Of a DNA stretch of 64,000 nucleotides, positions 1 to 10,953 are shown piece after piece (positions within the stretch are counted from its first letter, which is position 1; each line of letters begins with the position of its first letter). This DNA is from an uncultured Nitrososphaeraceae archaeon (GTDB lineage Archaea; Thermoproteota; Nitrososphaeria; Nitrososphaerales; Nitrososphaeraceae). Under the pieces are notes generated by a model, which did not search any database, was not told where the DNA came from, and saw nothing but the letters and a program-made list of their open reading frames with translations. The position numbers and the translations under genes were made by a program. The stretch spans positions 704,001 to 768,000 of the forward strand of contig CAVZZA010000005.1 of assembly GCA_963779615.1 (NCBI GenBank). The letters are read 5' to 3'.

Positions 1-272
1 TCTATAAACGCGATATGCAAAACCGGCTCAGCAAGTTCAATGTGTCCAAAGTGCCCAGGGCACCTTGCAGAAGTATTGCCACAGGTTGCGCATTTTTGTC
101 CAGGCTCCAATGTCCCGAGCCTACTGTCCATAAGTCCACCCTGAACTGACATCCCGTCCTCATCGTAGGTTTCAGGGGCGGTTATTTCCGCTACGCTGTA
201 TTTCCTAACATCAACAGGGGATAAAACACTAAACCTAATTCCGTTAAGGATTTTAAATGACTCATCATTCAT
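1..272 (-). CDS. rpoA1: RNA polymerase subunit A' (N-terminal part, runs off window)
   Basis: Manual translation MNDESFKILNGIRFSVLSP...GGLMDSRLG...CATCG...CPGHFGHIELAEPV; follows rpoB. Confidence 0.95.
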   Translation of the reverse strand, partial: MNDESFKILNGIRFSVLSPVDVRKYSVAEITAPETYDEDGMSVQGGLMDSRLGTLEPGQKCATCGNTSARCPGHFGHIELAEPVLHIAFI

Positions 273-305
273 TTTAATTTACACCAGCCTTTTTAAAAGG
301 GAAGA

Positions 306-3300
306 TCAAACTTTCTCCTTAATTAGTAATCTTGGAGCAACATTTAAACTCATCATTTCTTGCAAAAGCAGTTTGAAGGCATATGCAATGATTACGTTTG
401 AGACTTTTCCCTTGTCACCGCAAACTCTGCATACATATTTTCTTTGTTTGGTATCAAAGTAGGATAACAAGCCGCATCTTTCACACACACTTACTTCGGC
501 TTTGTCAGACTCCTCCAGCAATCTATCCTTTAGCATCATTGACGCTCCATATGCAATCAAACAGTCTCTCTCCATCTCTCCAAATCTCAAACCACCGCCT
601 CTTGCCCTACCTTCCGTTGGTTGCTTGGTTAGCATTTGCACCTGTCCTCTAGCCCTGCTGTGAATTTTATCGGCAACCATGTGATGAAGCTTTTGGTAAT
701 ACACCACGCCTACATAGACATCAACCGGAAAACGCTTTCCAGTCCTTCCGTCATACATGGTTTCTTTACCGCTGTGTTTAAAACCATAGCCTTCCATCAC
801 GTCTTTAATGTCATTTAGTTTTTCACCCAGAAAAGCAGAACCATCAACTATTTTTCCCCTTAATGATGCGGCTTTCCCTCCAAGTGATTCCATAAACATA
901 CCAACGGTCATTCTGGATGGAAACGCATGGGGATTGATCATGACATCGGGAACAACACCATCTTCGGTGTATGGAAGGTCTTCCTGATTAACAAGCATTC
1001 CAACTACACCTTTTTGACCATGTCGAGATGCGAATTTGTCACCAATTTCAGGAATTCTCATATCCCTTACTCGAATTTTATACATTTTACCGCCCTCCAC
1101 AGACTGGGTCATGATAACTGTGTCTACTACTCCGCTTTCAGATGGCCTAACACCAATGGATGTATCCCTTCGATATGGGCCTTTTACCTCGAATTCTTTA
1201 TATTCTTCCATAAATCTGGGAGGGGATGTCCTGCCTATCAAAATATCACCACCACTTACAACAGACTCATGCATTATAGCTCCATCAGGCTCCAGCAGGC
1301 GATACGCTTTTTCTCCACGATAACCTCTAATGTTGGCTTCGGAAGATGGAATTTCAAATATATCCTTCATTCCACCGGGATACTGCTTTGCCTCGGCTTC
1401 GTACACACGATAGAAAAAAGTACGGGCTAAACCTCTGTCTATAGAAGATTTGCTAAACACCACTGCATCTTCTATGTTATATCCTTCAAAAGGCAGAACC
1501 GCCACTACACAATTTTGCCCGGTTGGCCTTTCATCTAGACCAAGCAGGTTTATGGCTTTGGTACTTACCACAGGCATTTGGGGATAGAGCATAAAATGTT
1601 GTCTAACATATGTGCTGGCATTCATAAGTGGCGTCGAGAACCCTAGACTTTGCTTAGCCATTGCACTTTCATACGTATTTCTTGGAGATTGATTATGTTC
1701 AGGGTATGGTATGATAGAAGCTCCAACACCGAGTATAGCAGACAAGAAAATTTCAACATGGGTATGTTCAGCACTCAAGTTTTTTACCTCACTTGCAATA
1801 TAGCAATTTTCTTCTTCATTGGCATCAACTAGTTCCACAATCCCCATGTACAATAAATCTGACCATGAAAGGAATTTTTTGAATATTTTCTCAAGGATCT
1901 CCTTGGTCAGCAATACATTACCTTCTTTCAAGATAGCAAGCGGGCGTAAAACTCTCCCGGAATTACAGCTGATGTAAAGTCTTTTTGTAGCATTATCATT
2001 TAATGATGAGTAATAATAAACTCCCATATGGGGGTGCATTCTCCCAGAACGTCTCATGGTACGTAAACGGTTAGACAGATGTCGGCCATCTTCGATATAC
2101 CCAATCAGTCGGCCATCAACAAAAACTCTGGTGCCTTTTGCCTTTAAATCATCACTTGCCTCATTAACATTTTGAACACCCAATTCATAGAGCTTTTCTA
2201 TAACATCGGATGAGAGAACACTAACAGAGATTATTGCAGAAAGTGCCAAGTTTTTAACCAGTCCACAATTTGATCCTTCCGGCGTTTCGGCCGGACATAT
2301 TCTTCCAAAATGAGTGGCATGCAAGTCTCTTGCTTCAAAGTTGGGTTGACTTCTACTTAATGGAGACTGAATCCTTCGGAGATGACTTACAGTAGACATA
2401 TAATTAGTCCTATCCAAAAGCTGGGTTACGCCAACTCTGCCCCTTCCCCAATTTCCAGTGGCTATGGCATTATTTAATTTATCTGAAATAATTCCAGGTC
2501 TAACCGCTGCGGCCACGGCATTAATTCCACGTTTTTGGCCGGATCTCTCTAATTGATACTTCATGTCCCTGATGAGGTTTCTAAAGGCGGTTCTGAATAG
2601 ATCCGCTAGCATTTGACCGGCAAATTTTATTACTTTGTTGCCATAATGATCTTTATCGTCTGTTTCAACCCATCCTAGGTTTAATTCAATTAATTTACAT
2701 GCGGACTCGCCCAAAAACAATGCCTTCTCGTACCGGTTATCAGGATTTTTCCCCAGATGTGGCAATAAGCCCCAATCCAAAAGAGTTTCAGCCCTTTTAA
2801 TTTGAAACTCTTCTAACATGCCCGGCGCAATTCTTTTACTTATGTACACAATTGCATCTCTGCTTGTCACTACTTCGCCCGATTTTTCAAATGATGGCTC
2901 TAACTCATCTTGGAGAACTTCGCTCAAAGAAACAGCATTTGCAATATCCTTATCGGCTTCCAGACCCAAGGCCCTGACCAAAATAATTAATGGAATATCC
3001 ACTGGGGAACCGGGGATTTTGGAAACAATTGAGCCATCAGGACGCATGATTAATTCTAATTTCGCTCGATATCCAACTATTGAAGAATAAACCTTAGCCT
3101 TATATAAAACGGTACCAGCCGTTTCTTCAACGTCTACAATAATCTTGTTATATGATAAATCCTCCAATCCTACAATGACTCTTTCAGAGCCGTTGATTAT
3201 GAAGTAACCACCAGGATCCTTTGGATCCTCGCCAACATCTATTAGTTTCATTTCCGAATAATTATTCAGCATGCATGCATTAGATTTCACCATAACCGGC

Positions 3301-3671
3301 ATATCACCGATATGAATAAACCTGGATTCCAGGGTTTTGCCTTCCTCTACAATGCTGCATTCTAGCATTATGGGAGACCCGTATGTCAAATTTCGAAGCC
3401 TTGCCTCGACTGGAGCAACGTGAGTTATAGAACCATCCAACTCCATAATTCGGGGCTGTTGCATTTTTATTTTGCCTAGTTTAATCTTGTATGGATATTC
3501 TGCAGTTTCAATCTCTATTTCTCCTACTTCATCAATTATACTCTGAAAACCCCTTTCAGTAAACTCGTTATAGGAATTAAGATGTTGCCTGGCAACCCCC
3601 TCTCGCCTGAGGATATCATGAATTATAGGCCACATATCAGTGGAAGTACTAATGTTATAACTCATAACCAA
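306..3671 (-). CDS. rpoB: RNA polymerase subunit B (undivided)
   Basis: GDKFASRHGQKG, GGLRFGEMERD, C-terminal Zn ribbon; true start may be ATG at 3665. Confidence 0.98.
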   Translation of the reverse strand: MVMSYNISTSTDMWPIIHDILRREGVARQHLNSYNEFTERGFQSIIDEVGEIEIETAEYPYKIKLGKIKMQQPRIMELDGSITHVAPVEARLRNLTYGSPIMLECSIVEEGKTLESRFIHIGDMPVMVKSNACMLNNYSEMKLIDVGEDPKDPGGYFIINGSERVIVGLEDLSYNKIIVDVEETAGTVLYKAKVYSSIVGYRAKLELIMRPDGSIVSKIPGSPVDIPLIILVRALGLEADKDIANAVSLSEVLQDELEPSFEKSGEVVTSRDAIVYISKRIAPGMLEEFQIKRAETLLDWGLLPHLGKNPDNRYEKALFLGESACKLIELNLGWVETDDKDHYGNKVIKFAGQMLADLFRTAFRNLIRDMKYQLERSGQKRGINAVAAAVRPGIISDKLNNAIATGNWGRGRVGVTQLLDRTNYMSTVSHLRRIQSPLSRSQPNFEARDLHATHFGRICPAETPEGSNCGLVKNLALSAIISVSVLSSDVIEKLYELGVQNVNEASDDLKAKGTRVFVDGRLIGYIEDGRHLSNRLRTMRRSGRMHPHMGVYYYSSLNDNATKRLYISCNSGRVLRPLAILKEGNVLLTKEILEKIFKKFLSWSDLLYMGIVELVDANEEENCYIASEVKNLSAEHTHVEIFLSAILGVGASIIPYPEHNQSPRNTYESAMAKQSLGFSTPLMNASTYVRQHFMLYPQMPVVSTKAINLLGLDERPTGQNCVVAVLPFEGYNIEDAVVFSKSSIDRGLARTFFYRVYEAEAKQYPGGMKDIFEIPSSEANIRGYRGEKAYRLLEPDGAIMHESVVSGGDILIGRTSPPRFMEEYKEFEVKGPYRRDTSIGVRPSESGVVDTVIMTQSVEGGKMYKIRVRDMRIPEIGDKFASRHGQKGVVGMLVNQEDLPYTEDGVVPDVMINPHAFPSRMTVGMFMESLGGKAASLRGKIVDGSAFLGEKLNDIKDVMEGYGFKHSGKETMYDGRTGKRFPVDVYVGVVYYQKLHHMVADKIHSRARGQVQMLTKQPTEGRARGGGLRFGEMERDCLIAYGASMMLKDRLLEESDKAEVSVCERCGLLSYFDTKQRKYVCRVCGDKGKVSNVIIAYAFKLLLQEMMSLNVAPRLLIKEKV

Positions 3672-3677
3672 TTTGTA

Positions 3678-3929
3678 TCAACCTTCTACTACGTATCGGT
3701 AATATACACTTTCACCAGCAGTTGAACTTTTTCGAGTGATCTTGATAACGTCACTGGGCATCGCGTCTAGACCTTGTATTCCTTTGTCTGATAACATTAT
3801 ATAAGGCAGTTGACTGGGTTTTGAATTAAATTTTTTAAAAACTAATTCGGCATCCTCTTTTGATAAAATTTCATGTTTAGGCTGGTATATGTGATCAACA
3901 ATTTTTATTTCCTTTTTTTCAGAGGACAG
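3678..3929 (-). CDS. rpoH: RNA polymerase subunit H (Rpo5), probable CTG start
   Basis: Manual translation ...DHIYQPKHEILSKE...QLPYI...DVIKITRKSSTAGESVYYRYVVEG*; GGAGGT upstream of CTG. Confidence 0.93.
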   Translation of the reverse strand: MSSEKKEIKIVDHIYQPKHEILSKEDAELVFKKFNSKPSQLPYIMLSDKGIQGLDAMPSDVIKITRKSSTAGESVYYRYVVEG

Positions 3930-4680
3930 AATATTTAACCTCCATATCAGGTATTGAAGTAGATAACAAAAATAAAATAAATGTCAAGTATTGATAAAGA
4001 TAATTGTGTATATAATATAATTCTTTATGGATTCTGTCAACATTTCGTGAGGCACTGAACCATTTCTAAAAGTTGTAAAAGGTTCTCAAATTGGGTTTGA
4101 TAAAAAATTAACAGTTGTTCATGTGCACGTCTAAACCGCATTCCTTTATTGTTGCATTCTCCTGCTTTGTGCCATGCCATTGCAGTGTAATCCCTCAAAA
4201 AAGCATCCTTGAACTTTTGATTCGCAGAATCACAGAGCATTTTGCAGAAAGAATCAAAAAACATCATATGCATATATAGGCGCGTAATTAATGCGCACAT
4301 GATACATTGAAATTTTTTGCAAAGTTTTTGAAACTAATCATTGCACAGGGTTCCTCTTCTTATTAGTTTCACTAAGGTAACTCATAACGGCTAAATCATT
4401 ATTTCCTCGAACTAGAGTAAAAAAACGCAAATAAAACAGACCAATTTACAAAAGACAAACGAATGGTTTCCTTCCGCCAGTTTTCCATGACAAAAAAAAT
4501 CTTTTTGTCATGGAAAAATATATTGCGAATTGTTTGAAATAAATAACTAATGCATTTTGCAAGTGCAGTAAAATGACTACCTTCAACACAAGATTCGACT
4601 AAACAACACAACAAAGTGACCGCAAACTACTGCCTATCAAAATAATTCTTATAAGCCCTATCAAACCCTCTATAAATCAA

Positions 4681-5964
4681 GTGGTAAAAGCAGAAAAATT
4701 TTTTGGGATTTTAGTTTTTTTCACATTATGTATTGTAACCAATACTGGTATAAACAATAGTTTCCCGGAGAATCAATCATTTTCAAATTTAAATGCATCA
4801 AATGCAAAGGAACAACAGCAACAAACTGTAAACCAAAGTTTTATAAACACAAATTTAGAAAAACTAAAACATAATTTCTTTTATATAAAAACAAATGATC
4901 TATTGGTTCCCGTTAATTTTTTAACTCCAGAAGACAACATTCTCAACAGCATAGTTTACGATGATGACCAAAATGCCTTATTCATACTGTTGAACCCATT
5001 ACCTTCAAATGGAACCAATTTGTTGATTCAGATTCCAAGGTACATACTGGACTCCAAAACTCCCGAAAACAAAGATAATAACTTTACAGTTTTGATTGAC
5101 GACAAACCCTCCAAATATACAGAAATCACTTCCAAAAATGAATCAGGCAACATATCCAGATCAAGCTCGGCGGCGGCGGCGGCGGCCGACTACAACTCAA
5201 TTGATAATACTTTTAGCGACAGCCCTAATCGAAAATTGTTGATAGACTTTCAAAAAGATGCAAAGGTAATAAAAATAGAAGGCACAGACCTGTCAAAAAC
5301 CCAAAACCAAACCCAAATGGATGTACAGGTTGACAATGGCGAAAAAGAAAAATATCAGAGATTTTTTTCGATCTCGACAGAAAATATTAATGGGTACATA
5401 AAGTTTAGTGAAAACGGCGGTAACTTAAAGGACATCAATTTAAAACAAAATACAGTCAACAATAAAACATTAGAGTTGTTCATCATCCCTTTTGAAGAAT
5501 CTGGCAATTTGTTGATTCAGATTCCGAGGTACATACTGGACTCCAAAACTCCCGAAAACAAAGATAATAACTTTACAGTTTTGATTGACGACAAACCCTC
5601 CAAATATACAGAAATCACTTCCAAAAATGAATCAGGCAACATATCCAGATCAAGCTCGGCGGCGGCGGCGGCGGCCGACTACAACTCAATTGATAATACT
5701 TTTAGCGACAGCCCTAATCGAAAATTGTTGATAGACTTTCAAAAAGATGCAAAGGTAATAAAAATAGAAGGCACAGACCTGTCAAAAACCCAAAACCAAA
5801 CCCAAAACCAAAACGCCCACCTTAGTATCACAATACTAGTAATTTCTGCAATTATAGGCATTTCATCATCAGCAGCAATAATCTACATTCTTTACAAAAA
5901 AGGAAAAATAAGATTTGTTGATATTTTTAAATACAATAGAAATAAACAAGGCAACAACAGATGA
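4681..5964 (+). CDS. Membrane-anchored surface protein with duplicated domain
   Basis: N-terminal hydrophobic signal, two copies of a ~100 aa IQIPRYILDS...IKIEGT domain, C-terminal TM helix followed by basic residues. Confidence 0.75.
   Translation: MVKAEKFFGILVFFTLCIVTNTGINNSFPENQSFSNLNASNAKEQQQQTVNQSFINTNLEKLKHNFFYIKTNDLLVPVNFLTPEDNILNSIVYDDDQNALFILLNPLPSNGTNLLIQIPRYILDSKTPENKDNNFTVLIDDKPSKYTEITSKNESGNISRSSSAAAAAADYNSIDNTFSDSPNRKLLIDFQKDAKVIKIEGTDLSKTQNQTQMDVQVDNGEKEKYQRFFSISTENINGYIKFSENGGNLKDINLKQNTVNNKTLELFIIPFEESGNLLIQIPRYILDSKTPENKDNNFTVLIDDKPSKYTEITSKNESGNISRSSSAAAAAADYNSIDNTFSDSPNRKLLIDFQKDAKVIKIEGTDLSKTQNQTQNQNAHLSITILVISAIIGISSSAAIIYILYKKGKIRFVDIFKYNRNKQGNNR
5016..5806 (+). repeat. 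Near-identical ~302 bp direct repeat (5016-5317 and 5505-5806)
   Basis: Copies offset by 489 bp; only one mismatch noticed (ccaagg/ccgagg); each contains a GCG run encoding poly-Ala. Confidence 0.9.
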
Positions 5965-6304
5965 AGGCAATCTAATCAGATTTGTAGTATTTAATGGTAT
6001 TTTAAAAATATCAACAATCTTAGTTTAACAGGGCAACAACAAAAAAAATATCCTTATAACAAAATCACCGAGCAAGCAAAACAAAACACTGTAAAACTAT
6101 TAAAAATGCCCTTTACAGCATAAAAAATGGAAACTATTCCTATCCCCATCAACCTTTAAGACAGCTGTCATGCAGGCGGACAATAAAAATTATGAAAATC
6201 AGTTTTCTAAAATGAATTGCCAAATTAGCAAAACAAAATTAAATTTGCAATTATACCTTAATAATTAATGAAAATATTTAAAATTAAATTATACTAAATA
6301 AGAC

Positions 6305-7759
6305 TTGTCAGAAGCATTGGTGTTGGAGTATAATAAAATGATAGAGATAATACTGGAGGAGAGGCAAGAATTAACGTTTGAAAAACTAAAAGATATGATA
6401 GAAGAAAAGAAAAGAAAGGTAGGTGCGGGATACCTAACTGACCAAGGAGCACTATTCTTAGTTGCAGCAGATATAGGGGTGTCGCTAGATAAAGCCAATA
6501 AAACAGAAAATAGCATCAAGGACCTGTTTATTGGAGCAAGGGACATATCGACAATAGGAAGAATTTTATCCATTTATCCAATCAGGGCATTTTTAAAGAG
6601 AGATTCAAGCCAGGAAACTAAAAATCGGGTTATTACGATTTATGATAAAGACTCTAGCATCAAAATTAAGTTATGGGATGAATTTGTAAATTTGCCTGAG
6701 CAATTAGGAATCACCATAGGGGACATAATAAAAGTATCAAAAGGACAGGTAAAATCAGGAATGGATGGCAAACCAATTATTAATTTAAGTGGCAGTGGAA
6801 CCTTGGAGGTTTTTAATGATGAAAAAAAACAAAATATCCCCACAGTTGAAGAAATCACAACAACTATAGATGCTTTGGATACGCCAAAAGAAAATATGGC
6901 AGTAGTAGGAATCATAAATTCAAATCCAAGAATATCAGAATTTACTAACATAAGAGGAGAACATTCAAAATCTCTACAGTTTGAAACAACTAATGATGAT
7001 AACAGTAGGCAAATTAGAACAATAATTTGGAACATTAATGAAGAGAAAATACCCAAATCTCTAACCACCGATTTGAAAATAAATTTAATTGGGGTTAAAA
7101 CCAAGATTGGTAACCCCAATTATGGAAATGGAGATTTGGAAATACATGGAGACGAGGGTACCACAATTGAATTTGTAGATCACAAGGAAGCCGTTGAGAG
7201 TTATATTTTAAGGATCATCTCATTTAACAATAACAACAATGAAAATAAAATAAATTGCATCACTGTAGGGGAAAATGAAAAATTCTACAACTTAAATATA
7301 GATAAGGACCTGTTTGATATTGAGATAAATCAGGATGATATAATAGAGTGTTTTCCTAGCAGAGTTTTAGGAAACACAATAGAGATTTCCACCCAGGATT
7401 CATACATCCAAATAATAAAAGAAGACAAGAATATTCCACTGTCAACGGACCTGGACACAAAAATTAAAAATGTAGAAATGTCAAATAAACCATATTTTAT
7501 TGAGGCAATCATTTTGCAGCCCCCTAACACCATGGACATAAATACGAAAAGCGGGGAGACTGTTTCGGTAACCGATACCATAATTGGAGATGATACAGGC
7601 GAGATAAGATTAGTCGCATGGAGAGAAACCAGCAATTTATTGAAAAATTTTAGCATAGGGGAACGAATCAAAGTAACAGCAGTAAATGCCACTACAAATA
7701 AAGACGGCAAGACGGAATTAACATTAAAACCTTACTCCAAAATATTAAAAATTAGCTAA
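6305..7759 (+). CDS. Replication protein A / multi-OB-fold ssDNA-binding protein
   Basis: N-terminal GAGYLTDQGALFLVA motif; OB-fold signatures IKLWD, TIIWN, GDDTGEIRLVAW. Confidence 0.85.
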   Translation: MSEALVLEYNKMIEIILEERQELTFEKLKDMIEEKKRKVGAGYLTDQGALFLVAADIGVSLDKANKTENSIKDLFIGARDISTIGRILSIYPIRAFLKRDSSQETKNRVITIYDKDSSIKIKLWDEFVNLPEQLGITIGDIIKVSKGQVKSGMDGKPIINLSGSGTLEVFNDEKKQNIPTVEEITTTIDALDTPKENMAVVGIINSNPRISEFTNIRGEHSKSLQFETTNDDNSRQIRTIIWNINEEKIPKSLTTDLKINLIGVKTKIGNPNYGNGDLEIHGDEGTTIEFVDHKEAVESYILRIISFNNNNNENKINCITVGENEKFYNLNIDKDLFDIEINQDDIIECFPSRVLGNTIEISTQDSYIQIIKEDKNIPLSTDLDTKIKNVEMSNKPYFIEAIILQPPNTMDINTKSGETVSVTDTIIGDDTGEIRLVAWRETSNLLKNFSIGERIKVTAVNATTNKDGKTELTLKPYSKILKIS

Positions 7760-7834
7760 CAGGTAATAAAACAGACAGGTCGAAAAATGAATAAACAAGT
7801 CCATGTTTCACCCAACAAATGCGATAGGCAACAT

Positions 7835-10633
7835 CTAGGTATTCCAGAAGCCTCTCGTCATCACATATTGTTTTTCTGTTTCATATATAGTCTTCAATAA
7901 AGAACCATCATCGATATAGTTCCGTAAGATTCTTGCACAGGTATCTGCACCAATTCCATGACCCGATAAAACAAATAATGCCAGGTTCCCAAAATTATTT
8001 ATCAAGGAAGCTATTTTCCATGCCCTGTCAAACCTGTTCTCCTCATCCTTAGACAGGGAAGAACCTCGAAGTTTTCGTTCAATGATACTTTTTAGTTCAT
8101 CATCTGACCAGAAAGTGGCAGCGATTAATTTAGATTTACAAAAAGGACAATGAATCCTTTCGGGAAGGTCCCTGGTTTCAAACACCCTCTCCCATTTGCC
8201 GCATCTGATGCAAATCAGCTTGTGTTTTGTTTTTGTCAATCTTTCTTTGATCAACTCCAAAATTCCACTTTCCATATTGATAGGAGCGGAAATAGATTTT
8301 TTGGAATGTAATATTATAGGCTGGGCCAGTTCTGAGAATTCGTCAGTCTCCAACCAATGAACACTTATCACGCCTGATTTGATTTTATCAAGAATCATAG
8401 AGGTGTTTTCAATGTCATATTTGTCATGGATTAATTCCCGTATGGATTCCTTGCTAATAGAGGTCTTGTAGTATCTATCATACAACAACCTTGCGATTTT
8501 TTTATCATACACAGCCTCTTTTGCTACAAGGCCAAATCTTTTGGCAACTCCCCAAACTTTCCAGTTTATGTTATACGTCCCTAAAAATGAAGCTATTAAT
8601 ATCGAGCCTACATCAAACTCGTCTTCCAATAAGGAAAAAAAATGGTTTTTTCTTAACCTCACATTGTTTGAACTCAAGAGGATTCTATACGAATCAGAGC
8701 GAGTTTCAATTGTGTAACCCATTTTTGAAGAGATAAAAGTAGATAGCAAAGAGCTAAGAGTATTGTTGATTTTAGATCCAAAAGTACTGTGAATGACCAC
8801 GATATTTTGATTTAAAACAGTTTCAATTACAACATTTTCAGCGTCTGGAATTATTTTTATGGTTTTCAGCTTTTCCGACAACTTTCTTAAAAACAACATA
8901 TCGAACTTGGAAAGAAAAAAATTGGTCTTAGAAACCCTACCAGCATCGAACAACTCTTTCCTAAGGACACCGACAATTTTGGCAGTCTCACAATCAACAG
9001 GTATCATCTCACCAACCCAATAAGGAACATTAATTGGGGCACCGCTTAATGGCTCCACATGAACCTGAAGTTTATTTTCATCTATTACTAATATCCGCCA
9101 TTGAGAACCTTTTAACACAAAAACATTGCCTTTCTCGCCATAATCTCCTACAAATTGTTGATCTAAGGTGCCTATTCTTTTTTTACTAATTGAATCGATT
9201 ACATCAAACTTTACTATATAAGGTATCGTTGATACATTTTCATAATAATACCGATAGGATTTTCCACTGCGCGATATAGTTTGTTTTTCTTCATCAAATT
9301 TTAATAATCGGGTTATACCTAACAAATTAATGCAATCCAAAAAATCTAAAAATGAAATCGAACTGAAAGAAAAAGATGATTTAAAAAGGTCGAACAATTT
9401 AATCACTGGAAATGATTGTTTAATTTGCAGTGTAACTCCGACAAGGTTATGAGCCAATACATCAAGGGCCCCCTTATGGAGAACCTGTGGTTCGATCGAA
9501 CCCCTATTAACCCTGTTGACCAATGCAGCAGACTCCATAAAGTCATCAAAAGTATTAGTAAGTATCATACCCTTTGCAGAAGATTTACGAGTATGCTTAC
9601 TTCTTCCAATACGCTGTATTAACTTTGATGCCTGACGGGGAGAACCATAATGAATGACAAGATCTATAGACCCTATATCCAGACCTAACTCCAGTGACGA
9701 TGTACATACCACTATTCCAACAAAACCAGACCTTAATAGACCCTCTGTCTCCTCACGAACTTCTTTAGACAAAGAACCATGGTGTATATGAATTGGAACA
9801 TTATTTTGGTTTTTTAACACGGTTCCTAAAAATTCTGATTCATCCCTTGTGTTGGTAAATAACAATACTGAAGATGACTGGTAATATCTATTTACAAAAT
9901 CAATAATGTATTTGGAAACATCGCTTATAGAACCGTCCAAATGCTTTATCTCTATATCGTATTTTCTAAGAGTTTTATCCACAAAAATAGCACATTTTGC
10001 TTGATCACCAGATATAAAACGTGACGCGTCTTTCAGATTTCCAATTGTTGCAGAGATACCGATTTTACAAAAATGATTTGAGATAAGAGACAGCCTTTCA
10101 AGACACAGGGATAAATAAGAGCCTCTTTTAGAGGGTAACAATTCATGAACCTCATCAATAATTACCCATTCTAAACCTTTTAAATTTGGAATCATTTTTT
10201 CGTTTACCAAAATAATAGCCAATGATTCAGGAGTGGTAATTAAAATATCGGGGGGCATATCATATATTTTTTTACGTTTGCTATAAGGTGTATCACCATG
10301 TCTTATATCCACTCGCAAATTTTCAGATTCGGCATATTTAATAATCCTTCTGAAGACATCATTGTTTAGTGAACGTTGAGGAGTTATATACAGGCATTTA
10401 ATACCATTAGGTAAACTTTGACCACCATATTTAAAGGACAACATACTAATTACAGGGATTATAGCTGCCTCCGTTTTACCTGAGCCAGTGGGGGCAACAA
10501 TCAGTGAATTTCGTTTTCTAATTATTGCTTGGTAAGATTGTTCCTGGATATAATTTAGCTTTTCAAACGATTCTTTACGGAATTTATTAAGGACAATTTC
10601 ATCTAATTTTTTATAGTATTTGCTATTATCCAA
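7835..10633 (-). CDS. Lhr-like DEAH-box SF2 helicase
   Basis: APTGSGKT, DEVH, SAT, HHGSLS, LELGLD, QRIGRS; C-terminal CxxC...CPFC. Confidence 0.92.
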   Translation of the reverse strand: MDNSKYYKKLDEIVLNKFRKESFEKLNYIQEQSYQAIIRKRNSLIVAPTGSGKTEAAIIPVISMLSFKYGGQSLPNGIKCLYITPQRSLNNDVFRRIIKYAESENLRVDIRHGDTPYSKRKKIYDMPPDILITTPESLAIILVNEKMIPNLKGLEWVIIDEVHELLPSKRGSYLSLCLERLSLISNHFCKIGISATIGNLKDASRFISGDQAKCAIFVDKTLRKYDIEIKHLDGSISDVSKYIIDFVNRYYQSSSVLLFTNTRDESEFLGTVLKNQNNVPIHIHHGSLSKEVREETEGLLRSGFVGIVVCTSSLELGLDIGSIDLVIHYGSPRQASKLIQRIGRSKHTRKSSAKGMILTNTFDDFMESAALVNRVNRGSIEPQVLHKGALDVLAHNLVGVTLQIKQSFPVIKLFDLFKSSFSFSSISFLDFLDCINLLGITRLLKFDEEKQTISRSGKSYRYYYENVSTIPYIVKFDVIDSISKKRIGTLDQQFVGDYGEKGNVFVLKGSQWRILVIDENKLQVHVEPLSGAPINVPYWVGEMIPVDCETAKIVGVLRKELFDAGRVSKTNFFLSKFDMLFLRKLSEKLKTIKIIPDAENVVIETVLNQNIVVIHSTFGSKINNTLSSLLSTFISSKMGYTIETRSDSYRILLSSNNVRLRKNHFFSLLEDEFDVGSILIASFLGTYNINWKVWGVAKRFGLVAKEAVYDKKIARLLYDRYYKTSISKESIRELIHDKYDIENTSMILDKIKSGVISVHWLETDEFSELAQPIILHSKKSISAPINMESGILELIKERLTKTKHKLICIRCGKWERVFETRDLPERIHCPFCKSKLIAATFWSDDELKSIIERKLRGSSLSKDEENRFDRAWKIASLINNFGNLALFVLSGHGIGADTCARILRNYIDDGSLLKTIYETEKQYVMTRGFWNT

Positions 10634-10817
10634 ATTTATCAGTTTGTTGTTTATTTTTACTTCCCTTTTTATTTAAACCCCCAGTAATTTTGGGTTCGGG
10701 TGTTAAATTAGACGAAGGTTTTGGAAAAAGAAACTCATAAGCAAATATGCATATTAAAGCTACAATAAACATTATTAATGACGAGAAATAAATTAGGTTA
10801 TCAAAAGAGAATGCCAT
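10626..10817 (-). CDS. Small single-TM membrane protein
   Basis: Hydrophobic N-terminal helix, basic tail, overlaps helicase start. Confidence 0.55.
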   Translation of the reverse strand: MAFSFDNLIYFSSLIMFIVALICIFAYEFLFPKPSSNLTPEPKITGGLNKKGSKNKQQTDKFG

Positions 10818-10953
10818 TTATATCACTGAATAGTCTATTTATTTCAAGTTATAAATATGTTAAAGTTTTTTCACCCGAATCATCATCAAAGTAGGTTTTT
10901 ATATAGAAGTGATTGTTGTTAATTATAATTCTTGTTGTTTGAAAAATATATAA

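Noticed and set aside
398-3090. Short plus-strand ORFs within rpoB (and similar antisense ORFs across the window)
   Set aside because: Shadow frames of well-supported genes
4037-4614. Two short minus-strand ORFs and small hairpins upstream of rpoH
   Set aside because: No recognisable motifs; hairpins short and compatible with chance in AT-rich DNA
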